A stretch of 64,000 nt of DNA from NCBI GenBank assembly GCA_964579265.1, contig CAZOFO010000001.1, forward strand, positions 15,367 through 79,366, given 5' to 3'. This stretch comes from Candidatus Micrarchaeota archaeon (GTDB lineage: Archaea; B1Sed10-29). Position numbers and translations under genes: made by a program. The notes beneath the pieces are model-generated. The model saw nothing but the letters and a program-made list of their open reading frames with translations, made no database searches and was not told where the DNA came from. Each line of letters begins with the position of its first letter. Positions within the stretch are counted from its first letter, which is position 1. This document shows, piece by piece, positions 1 through 8,429 of the stretch.

Positions 1-1
1 A

Positions 2-181
2 TGGCAAGTAGTATACCAATGCGCTGATTATGCATTCTTAGATTGTGATGAAGATGATCCTGATGGTAGCTTGGATGCTGAAACAGATGGAAATGCAGAA
101 CTATATGCCTGTTGTAATGAGGATGAAGACCCAAATAGATGCTATCTAGGAGTAGGTGTAGACGTAGGAGACGAGTGTTAA
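2..181 (+). CDS. 3' end of an acidic, Cys-rich exported protein (partial, runs off the window edge)
   Basis: Read manually: frame 2 is open from the window edge (WQVVYQCADYAFLDCDEDDPDG...GVDVGDEC) to TAA at 179-181; co-oriented with the pilin-like cluster. Confidence 0.7.
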   Translation, partial: WQVVYQCADYAFLDCDEDDPDGSLDAETDGNAELYACCNEDEDPNRCYLGVGVDVGDEC

Positions 182-206
182 TAAATATTATCAAAGATGA
201 TTTAAG

Positions 207-368
207 ATGATGGATGACTCAGGAGACGTAGGCTGGACACCAATATACCTAATGATAATAATAGCGATAGCAGTGATACTTCTATTCGCAATAATAAAAC
301 CAATGTTCCAAGAAGGAGCAAGATACGCAGAATACGGGCTCTCATCCATAGCACCTCTATTCCTGTAA
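207..368 (+). CDS. Small pilin-like membrane protein (53 aa; not in ORF track)
   Basis: MMDDSGDVGWTPIYLMIIIAIAVILLFAIIKPMFQEG...; short leader, Gly, then a hydrophobic helix; A-rich codon usage like its neighbours. Confidence 0.7.
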   Translation: MMDDSGDVGWTPIYLMIIIAIAVILLFAIIKPMFQEGARYAEYGLSSIAPLFL

Positions 369-463
369 CAAAACCAAATACCTAAATCCACATTTCTTTT
401 ATTCTCTATTATCCACTACAACCACGATCAGTTTTTTATATATAGAAACTCTTTTACTAAATC

Positions 464-1063
464 ATGAAAAAAAATAAAAACAAAACAAAGAAACTAAACC
501 TCAACGACAAAGCACAAGAATCAATGCCCATCCAACTACTACTAGGAGTGACCATCCTAACCTTTGTACTAACCATAGGAATATACAGCTACAGACAAGT
601 ATGCGCAACTCAATACGATCAAAAAGTAAGTTCAGGGTTAAATGAACTTGGAAGCGCCATAGAACAAGCTTACAGAGGAGGAGTAGGGACCACACCACCT
701 TCAATAACCATAGATACTTCTGTACCAGCAGGATGCGATGTAGGTTTTGAATCAATAAGGATAATGGACGGTCCATCAGACGCATGTAGAAGCAACCTAG
801 GTAAAGAGCAATGTGTAATGGCAGTAGCAGTATCATTAGACGACAGAGGAAATAGATACATATCTTCAAGAGTATTCATAGATATAGGGGACACAAATAT
901 AGACATGGAAGGAGTTGATGATAATTGTAGAGAAATGGATCTAGAAGAAGCATACGAAGATCCATTTGACGATGAAGAGTTTTGCGGATGGCAAACAGGT
1001 ACTTTCTCAGTACAAGTAACAAAGGAAGATGAGGATTCAATAAAAATAAAACATCTTGGATAA
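464..1063 (+). CDS. Class III signal peptide (pilin-like) protein
   Basis: KAQ-ESMPIQLLLGVTILTFVLTIG motif followed by an acidic domain with several Cys. Confidence 0.75.
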   Translation: MKKNKNKTKKLNLNDKAQESMPIQLLLGVTILTFVLTIGIYSYRQVCATQYDQKVSSGLNELGSAIEQAYRGGVGTTPPSITIDTSVPAGCDVGFESIRIMDGPSDACRSNLGKEQCVMAVAVSLDDRGNRYISSRVFIDIGDTNIDMEGVDDNCREMDLEEAYEDPFDDEEFCGWQTGTFSVQVTKEDEDSIKIKHLG

Positions 1064-1081
1064 AAAAAATCGAGGAATAAA

Positions 1082-1588
1082 ATGAAAAAAGGAATATCAA
1101 CCTGGCTAATGACAAAAGTCGTGATGCTAATATTTCTAACAATGACATTCGCAATAATACTATCATTCACAGGCCTAGTACAACAAAGAGCTACAGCAGA
1201 TGCAGCACAACATCTCACCGTTAGAGTAAAAGATTCAATACAAGCTCTACTAGGTCTAGGAGCTCATACAGGAACCAGATTCGTTGTAATGCCCGAAGAA
1301 ATCCCGGAAGATGCTGAAAGATCCGTTCCTTATACGCTCCACATAATGAAAGAATCAGATGAAGAAGTATATATAGCTGTAACTGAAGGAGAATATAGCA
1401 AAGGAGAAGATATTGAAAGTTACATAACAGCCTCAACCTTCAAATTCGAAGGAGATTACGAAATAGAGTTATCATACGATGATAGTGACTACGATGAAAG
1501 TGATCTGAAACTTAATTCATCATCCTGGAGAGCAGTAAATATAATTAAAGAAGGAGAAGTATTCAAAATATATGGGACTCCGAGGTGA
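1082..1588 (+). CDS. Class III signal peptide (pilin-like) protein
   Basis: MKKG-ISTWLMTKVVMLIFLTMTFAIILSF N-terminus; acidic C-terminal domain. Confidence 0.75.
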   Translation: MKKGISTWLMTKVVMLIFLTMTFAIILSFTGLVQQRATADAAQHLTVRVKDSIQALLGLGAHTGTRFVVMPEEIPEDAERSVPYTLHIMKESDEEVYIAVTEGEYSKGEDIESYITASTFKFEGDYEIELSYDDSDYDESDLKLNSSSWRAVNIIKEGEVFKIYGTPR

Positions 1589-2037
1589 AAAAAATCAAAG
1601 GATTTATAGGTCCAATAGGAGATGATCTCCCCTCACTCATAGCCGTAATGCTAGCCCTCACCATCTTCTTCTCCGGACTGACCTTTGCAATGAGAACATT
1701 CAACAGAAAACAAAGAGATGTCAGGTTACTGCAGGGAGGACTAGATATAAGCAGATCAATAATACAGGATCCAATAATCGATATAGAGGGCGATATGGGG
1801 AACCCTGTTGACAAATCTGAAGCACGGACCATAGCAGAGAATAATGACCTTGCCTTTAATGCTGACTATGGAAGCGGTGATATAACTGGAGAACCATTTC
1901 CCGATGTTGAAACGTACGATGAGATAGATGATAACTGTGGAGAAGAATCACTTTACTTTTCCTATCTCATCTCCGTGGAAGAAGATGATGATATAGAACT
2001 CGAAACTATCAGGATATGTGTGTGGGACATACAATGA
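1585..2037 (+). CDS. Class III signal peptide (pilin-like) protein
   Basis: KG-FIGPIGDDLPSLIAVMLALTIFF; GTG start overlaps the upstream stop (GTGA). Confidence 0.75.
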   Translation: MKKIKGFIGPIGDDLPSLIAVMLALTIFFSGLTFAMRTFNRKQRDVRLLQGGLDISRSIIQDPIIDIEGDMGNPVDKSEARTIAENNDLAFNADYGSGDITGEPFPDVETYDEIDDNCGEESLYFSYLISVEEDDDIELETIRICVWDIQ

Positions 2038-2058
2038 AAAATAAAAATGTGATTAAAG

Positions 2059-2556
2059 ATGAATAGAGGACAAGGAGCTATAATGGACGCTTTATTCTTC
2101 CTATTCATATGCGCAGTGGCTTCAACATTACTATTCTACATCTCAAGTATATACGGACAAGGAATAGATCAACAGATAAGTGCAGTGTATAATCTAGAGT
2201 ATACAGGAAATGCTTTAGTATCTCTACAGAGCACGAATAACTTCTTATTTTGGAATGATATAAGGAGGAAGGTTGCCGATGGTTCAGGAGCGAGTGAAGA
2301 AGATGTAACTGACTACATAGATAATGAAGAGGTTTGGGGCGAGGTACTCAATTCCTCTCCAAGTAGATATCCTTTCCTATGCTTCGAAGATTGTGAGATA
2401 GTTGATTTTTGCTATCCAAATTTTGATTCAGACAATATTTATCAATACGATGGTGTTGATAGAGAAGAAGATTTCTTTAGTGAAAACTTCACTGCCTACA
2501 CTTCTTCTGTAAATTTAGGTGATGGTTGTAGGGCAATATTCAAAGTTTACTACTAA
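2059..2556 (+). CDS. Class III signal peptide (pilin-like) protein
   Basis: MNRG-QGAIMDALFFLFICAVAS; acidic domain with Cys residues. Confidence 0.75.
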   Translation: MNRGQGAIMDALFFLFICAVASTLLFYISSIYGQGIDQQISAVYNLEYTGNALVSLQSTNNFLFWNDIRRKVADGSGASEEDVTDYIDNEEVWGEVLNSSPSRYPFLCFEDCEIVDFCYPNFDSDNIYQYDGVDREEDFFSENFTAYTSSVNLGDGCRAIFKVYY

Positions 2557-2557
2557 T

Positions 2558-5500
2558 CTAATTATTTCTTCTTATTGCCACTATTCCTCCAAGTATGGTC
2601 ACTATGAATATAATCAGTAAGACCTGGTTGAGCGGTAGTACTGTACTTTCATCTTCTTCTAGCTGCAGTATTTCTCCTTCTTCTTCTAATTGTGATTCTC
2701 TACCAGGTGTTGAAGGAAGTTCGGCTAGCAGGCCTGGGTCCCTCTCTTCAACGGGCACATCCACATCGGGTTCGGGTGGCCTTCCTCCAAATTCAGATTG
2801 TTGAGGAACTACCATGCCAGGGTTTGTCATACCTGCTCCTATATCTCCAAATTCAGGATTCATCTGGAATGGGAATTCATTGCTTATTGAGATCTCCCCT
2901 GTTTCAGGATCATAACCCATCATTCCTCCAGGACCACTTGCTCTTAGAAGAGGTATTGGAGGTCCTACAGCTTCTCCGTCTGGATCAAGGAACTGGAACT
3001 CAGGTTCACCGTCTGGTCCTGGGGATACATCAAGTGAATATCCGTCTTCAAAGTGTATTCTACCATCTCTTACTTCGTCTATTTCTCTGCATACTACTTC
3101 TCCTTGAGGATCTTCCCAACATAGTTCATTGTCTCTTACAGTTATTGTTTGGTCCTGTGCTCCATCTATTCTATTTAGGTTACAGAATCCACCTAATAAT
3201 TCCTTAGCCTGTTCTTCTTCTACTTCAGGTAGGTTGAATTCTCCTCCTAGGCTCATCCCTCCAAATTCAGGTTCTTCATCTTCTAAGCATCCTTCTTGTA
3301 TTTCATAGCTTTCTGCTCTATCTGCGGTGAAACTGAGTAAGTCATATATTATTATATGGTTCCATTCGCTGAAATCTCTTTCCATTGTTGCATTATTAGC
3401 TCTTACTTCTTGTTCTCCTTCCATTCCAGGAGTTATTTTTCCATTTTCAAAGCTTAAGAAACCGCTTTCACCTACTTCGAATGTGTAGTTAAGCGCTGGT
3501 TCATTATCCGTATTTCTCTGTATCTCTATCTCATTATTTTTATACATCTGGATATGAGTGTCATCGAATCTTAATACTTGTCCTCTCCCTATGTGGTCTT
3601 TTACAGGATCCGTGAACCTTGCCACCGTTGTGTCTCCATCGTGCCATAATACTGCGTTTTCAGTGTTAATTGTCTGGAGATCTCCAAATATGTTACTTGG
3701 TGGTCTTCTCCCTACTACATCTCTTACTGCTTCTCTTGCATTTTGGTCGTCTATTCTAACTTCGTCTTTCTCTATCTCCATTAACTGATCTGGACCGTGT
3801 TTAACATTTATTACTCTTTGCGGTATTGTCATGAGTTCTCTATCGTTGTCCCATCTTATTCCTGTTGTTTGCGGTGCATCTAGGATGGGGTTTCCTTCGA
3901 AGTCCAGTAAGGTGTATCCTTCTGCTACCATGCATTGGAATATTGGTTTTCCTTCTGGTGTCCTGTCAACTTCCTCGCAGAACTCTATGTCTTGATGTTC
4001 TTCTAGGAACCATTTTATGTCTGATTCTCTGTCAAAGTGAACTTGATATAGTTCTGTTCCGAATAGGTTTACCATGCTTTCTCCTTCTATCTTTCCACTT
4101 AGTGCCATTATGTTTTCGTAGTACTGTGGACCTAGATTTCTTAGTTCTTCTGTTGCTTCGGGAGCTATGGATTCTAGTCCGGGTATTCCTGCCAGTCCTT
4201 CCCCTAGATCTCCTTTTATCTGTTCTAAGAGATCTTCTGATCTTGCGTCTTCTGTAGGCATTTCGCTGAATGCTAGTAATTCGAACATTGTTTCTTGACA
4301 GTCCTTCATTCTTTCCAGTCCATCTGTTCTTAGTTGTTGATACTGTCTTGTTCCCCAGTATTTTGCCAATGATGCTGCTATAGACATTCCTGCTAATACT
4401 GCTGGTGCAGCGTAAGGTGCTTTTGCTGTTACTACGGCTGATCTTTTTGCTGCTAGGCTAGCTATGTCGAATGTTGTGTCTCCTACTAGTCCTCCCCACA
4501 TCCATCTCCTAGTGTCCTCTATGCCATCTCTTAGTTCTTCTAGTTCTTGTCCACATGGGTCTCCTTCTCTGTATGCTTCTCCAACATCTACTAGTTTTCC
4601 GTATTCTGTTTCTTGTATTCTTTTTGCTTCATCTTCTCCTAGTGATGCTATTCCTCTTGCGAAGAAGTAACCCATTGTTGCTTTGAGAGCTGATACTGTT
4701 CTACTGCCTGTGAATAGCCCTCCTGCTGTTATTCCTCCTACTCCTCCTGCTGCGAGTGATCCTAGGAACATTGTTCTGGTTGTGGGTGTGTAATCAACTA
4801 ACCAGTCTCCTCTCTGCTGTGCCCAGTCTTGTTCCATTGTGGTTAGTCCTGCTAAATCCAGGTCTTTCACTATTAAGGACATTGTTGAGAAGAATTTATC
4901 ATTCCCTTCAGCATATGATTTTGGATGTTCGAATGCTTGGTAATCTGTCATTGTTGGGTTGATGCTTTGGATCATCCATCTTTCTCCTGTCATGTCTCCT
5001 ATTCTTTGTGGGTGGATCATGTTTACTGGTTGGTCTGTATAGGTTTCTGCGGATGTTTCCTGATCAATTATTTTTACGTATCCTGGTCCTGGGTCCTCTT
5101 GTACTTTTCTTCTTACTACTTCTGCATCATCAGGAGGCATTATCTCATTCATATCTACTCCGAAGAAATCCATCAGGTTATCGAATGTCCCTGCTGGGTA
5201 GAAATCTTGTCCGTATGATCTTTCAGTTGCTCTGGCCATCTCGAAATATGCATCTTTGTCTTCTATCACTCGGTCTGGCTCGGCTTCTATTGATAGTCCC
5301 ATGAGTTGGAAAGCTGGTTCAGGTGCTCCGTAGAAGGCCATTGGTATGAATGATAGAGTTAGGAATCCTTCCATCATCCTTACACTATGTTTAAAGGTTC
5401 TACCTGCTCCTACTGCGAATCCTCCTAGTGATAAGCCTCCTTCTTTGAAGGCTTCTCCTATTGCCATTGATTGTTGCCATGAATCCATCTTGTCTCCTAT

Positions 5501-6958
5501 CATTCTTGCTGTATCTCCTCCTGACATCTCATATCTTCCTATATCTCCTATTGAATCTTCTAGATCTCTACCCATGATTTCATTCTTGAATTGATCCAAG
5601 CTTATTTCTCCATTATGGAAAGATTCATCTACTGCATCAGATATTTCATCCATATTGGCTTCTGCAGGGTTTAGTTCTTGGCCTATTCTATTAGCTTCGC
5701 TCTTTATTCCCATGTTATCCATGTCATTTGCAGATATATCGACCCAAGTATCATCATCAAATACTACAGTACCACTATCTCCTCCGTCTTGTATTGTTAT
5801 GCTTTCTACATTTTTATTGTCGTATTGTTGTTCTATAGGGTCTCTCATTTTATTTTTAAGATTTCCTTTTTCTTGAGTTATTTCTGATTTTATTTTTGAT
5901 GATTTGGCTTTCATGGATAATACATCTTCCTTACTATCTATTGCGTCTAGTTTTGCTCTTGCTAGTCTTGCTCCTTTTATTGATGATTTTATACTAGCTA
6001 TGCTCGTTATCATGGATGCTCCTTGAGCTACTGCGTATACTTGGTCTCTGGATTCCAGTGTCTCTAGGTATTGTATGAATTTTCCTAGGTGGTGTGGGAA
6101 CATCATTAAGGAGTCAGGTCTCTGTAGGTGGGAGATGGAGTAATTGCTCTGTATTACGTTTAAAGGTGTTCCGTCTAATTTTTCTTTTAGTTCTTCTATG
6201 TCTTCTTCTCCTTCTCTTAAGTATTCTTCTGTATCGTTTACTTCGTCTATTATTCCTAGTCTTCCTCCTGCATCTATGAAGGGTGTTATGGCTTCATGGA
6301 GACCTTCTTCTGCAAGATCTGCTATCTGACTTACTTCTGCTTCTTTTTCTTCTAGTTTTTCCTGTAGTTCTTGAGCTTCTTCTGGGTTTACGTGTCCTCT
6401 TTCACATGTTTCATCCGGGTATTCTGGGCATACTCTGGTTGTTTCATCGAGTAGGGTTGTGTAGGACATGTGTCCAGAGGTTACCATGTGGCTTAGATGA
6501 GGCACGTCATCTGGTCTTATTGCTCTATGTTCCAAGAGATCGTAGAGCATCACGGTTTCTCCTTCATTGGTTGTTATGAATTGATCAGTGGCGTTCTCCA
6601 CTCCTGGGGTATTTGACACTCCTGCTTCTTCTCTGGCTCTAGCCTCTTCATAAGTATCTTTATCTCCGAATCCATCAAAGGTTATGTCTCCTGTTTTATC
6701 CAGAAGTCTTTCTATATCCCGGAAGCATAGTTCTACTATTTCAACATCGTCACTGATTTGTTTTACCTGGGTGGGTCTTATCTCCTCTTCATTTCCCTGT
6801 GGATTTTCAGGAGAATTTTGCTGAATTTGAAGGGTTTCGCCCTCTTGTTCTGTGTTTACATTTGCTGAGACTGGTAAGAAAAGTACCTGTAGACCTAGTA
6901 TTGTTACTAAGAATATTGATGCTATTCTGAGGGTGTTTTTCTTCCAGTTGGGCTTCAT
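2558..6958 (-). CDS. Large (1466 aa) acidic surface protein with signal peptide and C-terminal membrane anchor
   Basis: N-terminal signal peptide ending PVSA; C-terminal TM helix plus basic tail (RRNN) after a Pro/Glu-rich linker; no recognisable catalytic motif. Confidence 0.8.
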   Translation of the reverse strand: MKPNWKKNTLRIASIFLVTILGLQVLFLPVSANVNTEQEGETLQIQQNSPENPQGNEEEIRPTQVKQISDDVEIVELCFRDIERLLDKTGDITFDGFGDKDTYEEARAREEAGVSNTPGVENATDQFITTNEGETVMLYDLLEHRAIRPDDVPHLSHMVTSGHMSYTTLLDETTRVCPEYPDETCERGHVNPEEAQELQEKLEEKEAEVSQIADLAEEGLHEAITPFIDAGGRLGIIDEVNDTEEYLREGEEDIEELKEKLDGTPLNVIQSNYSISHLQRPDSLMMFPHHLGKFIQYLETLESRDQVYAVAQGASMITSIASIKSSIKGARLARAKLDAIDSKEDVLSMKAKSSKIKSEITQEKGNLKNKMRDPIEQQYDNKNVESITIQDGGDSGTVVFDDDTWVDISANDMDNMGIKSEANRIGQELNPAEANMDEISDAVDESFHNGEISLDQFKNEIMGRDLEDSIGDIGRYEMSGGDTARMIGDKMDSWQQSMAIGEAFKEGGLSLGGFAVGAGRTFKHSVRMMEGFLTLSFIPMAFYGAPEPAFQLMGLSIEAEPDRVIEDKDAYFEMARATERSYGQDFYPAGTFDNLMDFFGVDMNEIMPPDDAEVVRRKVQEDPGPGYVKIIDQETSAETYTDQPVNMIHPQRIGDMTGERWMIQSINPTMTDYQAFEHPKSYAEGNDKFFSTMSLIVKDLDLAGLTTMEQDWAQQRGDWLVDYTPTTRTMFLGSLAAGGVGGITAGGLFTGSRTVSALKATMGYFFARGIASLGEDEAKRIQETEYGKLVDVGEAYREGDPCGQELEELRDGIEDTRRWMWGGLVGDTTFDIASLAAKRSAVVTAKAPYAAPAVLAGMSIAASLAKYWGTRQYQQLRTDGLERMKDCQETMFELLAFSEMPTEDARSEDLLEQIKGDLGEGLAGIPGLESIAPEATEELRNLGPQYYENIMALSGKIEGESMVNLFGTELYQVHFDRESDIKWFLEEHQDIEFCEEVDRTPEGKPIFQCMVAEGYTLLDFEGNPILDAPQTTGIRWDNDRELMTIPQRVINVKHGPDQLMEIEKDEVRIDDQNAREAVRDVVGRRPPSNIFGDLQTINTENAVLWHDGDTTVARFTDPVKDHIGRGQVLRFDDTHIQMYKNNEIEIQRNTDNEPALNYTFEVGESGFLSFENGKITPGMEGEQEVRANNATMERDFSEWNHIIIYDLLSFTADRAESYEIQEGCLEDEEPEFGGMSLGGEFNLPEVEEEQAKELLGGFCNLNRIDGAQDQTITVRDNELCWEDPQGEVVCREIDEVRDGRIHFEDGYSLDVSPGPDGEPEFQFLDPDGEAVGPPIPLLRASGPGGMMGYDPETGEISISNEFPFQMNPEFGDIGAGMTNPGMVVPQQSEFGGRPPEPDVDVPVEERDPGLLAELPSTPGRESQLEEEGEILQLEEDESTVLPLNQVLLIIFIVTILGGIVAIRRNN

Positions 6959-7024
6959 CTTTTTTGACCTCTTATTATTTTGTTATAGAGATTTAATCTT
7001 TTTATTTTTTGGTTATCTTTCACT

Positions 7025-7723
7025 CTATTTTTCCATTTTTTCTTTGATCTTTGGGTAGAGGAACCATGATACTGCTCCTATCACTATTACTGCTATGACT
7101 ATCATTACCCATAGGGGTAGGAAAGGAGGTTCTTCTGGTTCTGAGATTTCATGAATTACTATTCCGTCTCTAGCGTACGAGGATTCGGTTATGTATTCTT
7201 CTCCTTCGTAGCTACACTGGAATTCGTATATGTCAACTATACCAAATAATGTTTCACTTATCTCTGGTTCTTCGCATTTTGTATAATTGATCTCTTGAGG
7301 AGATATTATTGCTGTTATCTCCTCTCCTTCTTCTAGTTTTTCTTCTCTTCTTTCTATTTCATAATCTTCAGGAGATCTTATTCTTCTTACAGTAATATTG
7401 ATAGATTTTTCTTCTTTAATCTCTACTGTAGAGTAACAATTACTGCTTTTTTCGTATTCTTCAAGATATTCTTCTCTTAAACTACAATTTAAGTCTTCTT
7501 TGAATTCTACTAAAAGATCTGAAACGGATTCCATTTGATAACAGTGGATCTCGTTTCCTGCTTCATAACAGTTTTCGAATCTCAATAGTTCGTTACGATC
7601 CATATCTTCTTCCAAGTCCTCTGGATCTATATATTCGTCCATTCCTCCTTCTAATCCTGCACCTATTCCTGTTAATAGTAATATTGAGATTGCAAGTGTC
7701 ATTATCCCTGTTTTCGTATTCAT
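7025..7723 (-). CDS. Acidic exported protein with C-terminal TM anchor
   Basis: Likely start MNTKTGIMTLAISILLL at 7723 (the ORF-track start overlaps the upstream gene); C-terminal TM plus basic tail. Confidence 0.7.
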   Translation of the reverse strand: MNTKTGIMTLAISILLLTGIGAGLEGGMDEYIDPEDLEEDMDRNELLRFENCYEAGNEIHCYQMESVSDLLVEFKEDLNCSLREEYLEEYEKSSNCYSTVEIKEEKSINITVRRIRSPEDYEIERREEKLEEGEEITAIISPQEINYTKCEEPEISETLFGIVDIYEFQCSYEGEEYITESSYARDGIVIHEISEPEEPPFLPLWVMIVIAVIVIGAVSWFLYPKIKEKMEK

Positions 7724-7737
7724 CTTTAACACCTTTT

Positions 7738-8277
7738 TTAGGGCACTGGGGGTATTCCAGTGTCCATACTTATCACTACTATCGCTACGTATAGTATTAT
7801 CCATCCTATTAGATTAAATATGTAGTCTATGAGGAAATAAGAGATCACTGAGGGCATGGTCCATTTTTCAATGATCTTTGAATGAATTATTTTAGCTCCT
7901 AGATAGAATATATGGAATATCAAGCCAGTTATTAGGACCCAGGCTATGAATCCAGGTATATCAACTATGAAGCTTGATCCTGTAAGAGCATACCAGGCTC
8001 TAATCAGCAACCAGAGGATTAAAGACAGTGTTAAAGTGGTTAATAATTTATTTTGCCATTTCTCAAGCTCTTTCAATCTCTCTGAAAACTCCTTGAAGAC
8101 CCATTTTCCCAAAAATATGAAAGGATAAGTAATTACAGCTGTTATTAAAGCTAAAACAAGTAAGAAAATAGGACCATGTCTCAATGATCCTGTTATAAAA
8201 CTCATGAAGAGAAACAACAGTGGATTTTCCACTACTATGCTAAATAATTCTGAGATACCTACTTCCTCAACAGCCAT
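7738..8277 (-). CDS. Multi-pass membrane protein, unknown function
   Basis: About five hydrophobic segments in 179 aa. Confidence 0.75.
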   Translation of the reverse strand: MAVEEVGISELFSIVVENPLLFLFMSFITGSLRHGPIFLLVLALITAVITYPFIFLGKWVFKEFSERLKELEKWQNKLLTTLTLSLILWLLIRAWYALTGSSFIVDIPGFIAWVLITGLIFHIFYLGAKIIHSKIIEKWTMPSVISYFLIDYIFNLIGWIILYVAIVVISMDTGIPPVP

Positions 8278-8429
8278 ACTCTATAAAAGTAACTCTTTCT
8301 TTAAATAATATAGGTATCCTGAAGTAATGATAAACAAATAAAAGAGAAACCCTCTATAAAAAACAAAAATTACAACTATTGAAAAATAGTTAAATCGGAG
8401 AAAACTGAAAAAATCAGGAAGTGTGATAA

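Noticed and set aside
191..391. Minus-strand 66-aa ORF
   Set aside because: The + strand ORF at 207-368 fits operon direction, codon usage and a pilin-like pattern better.
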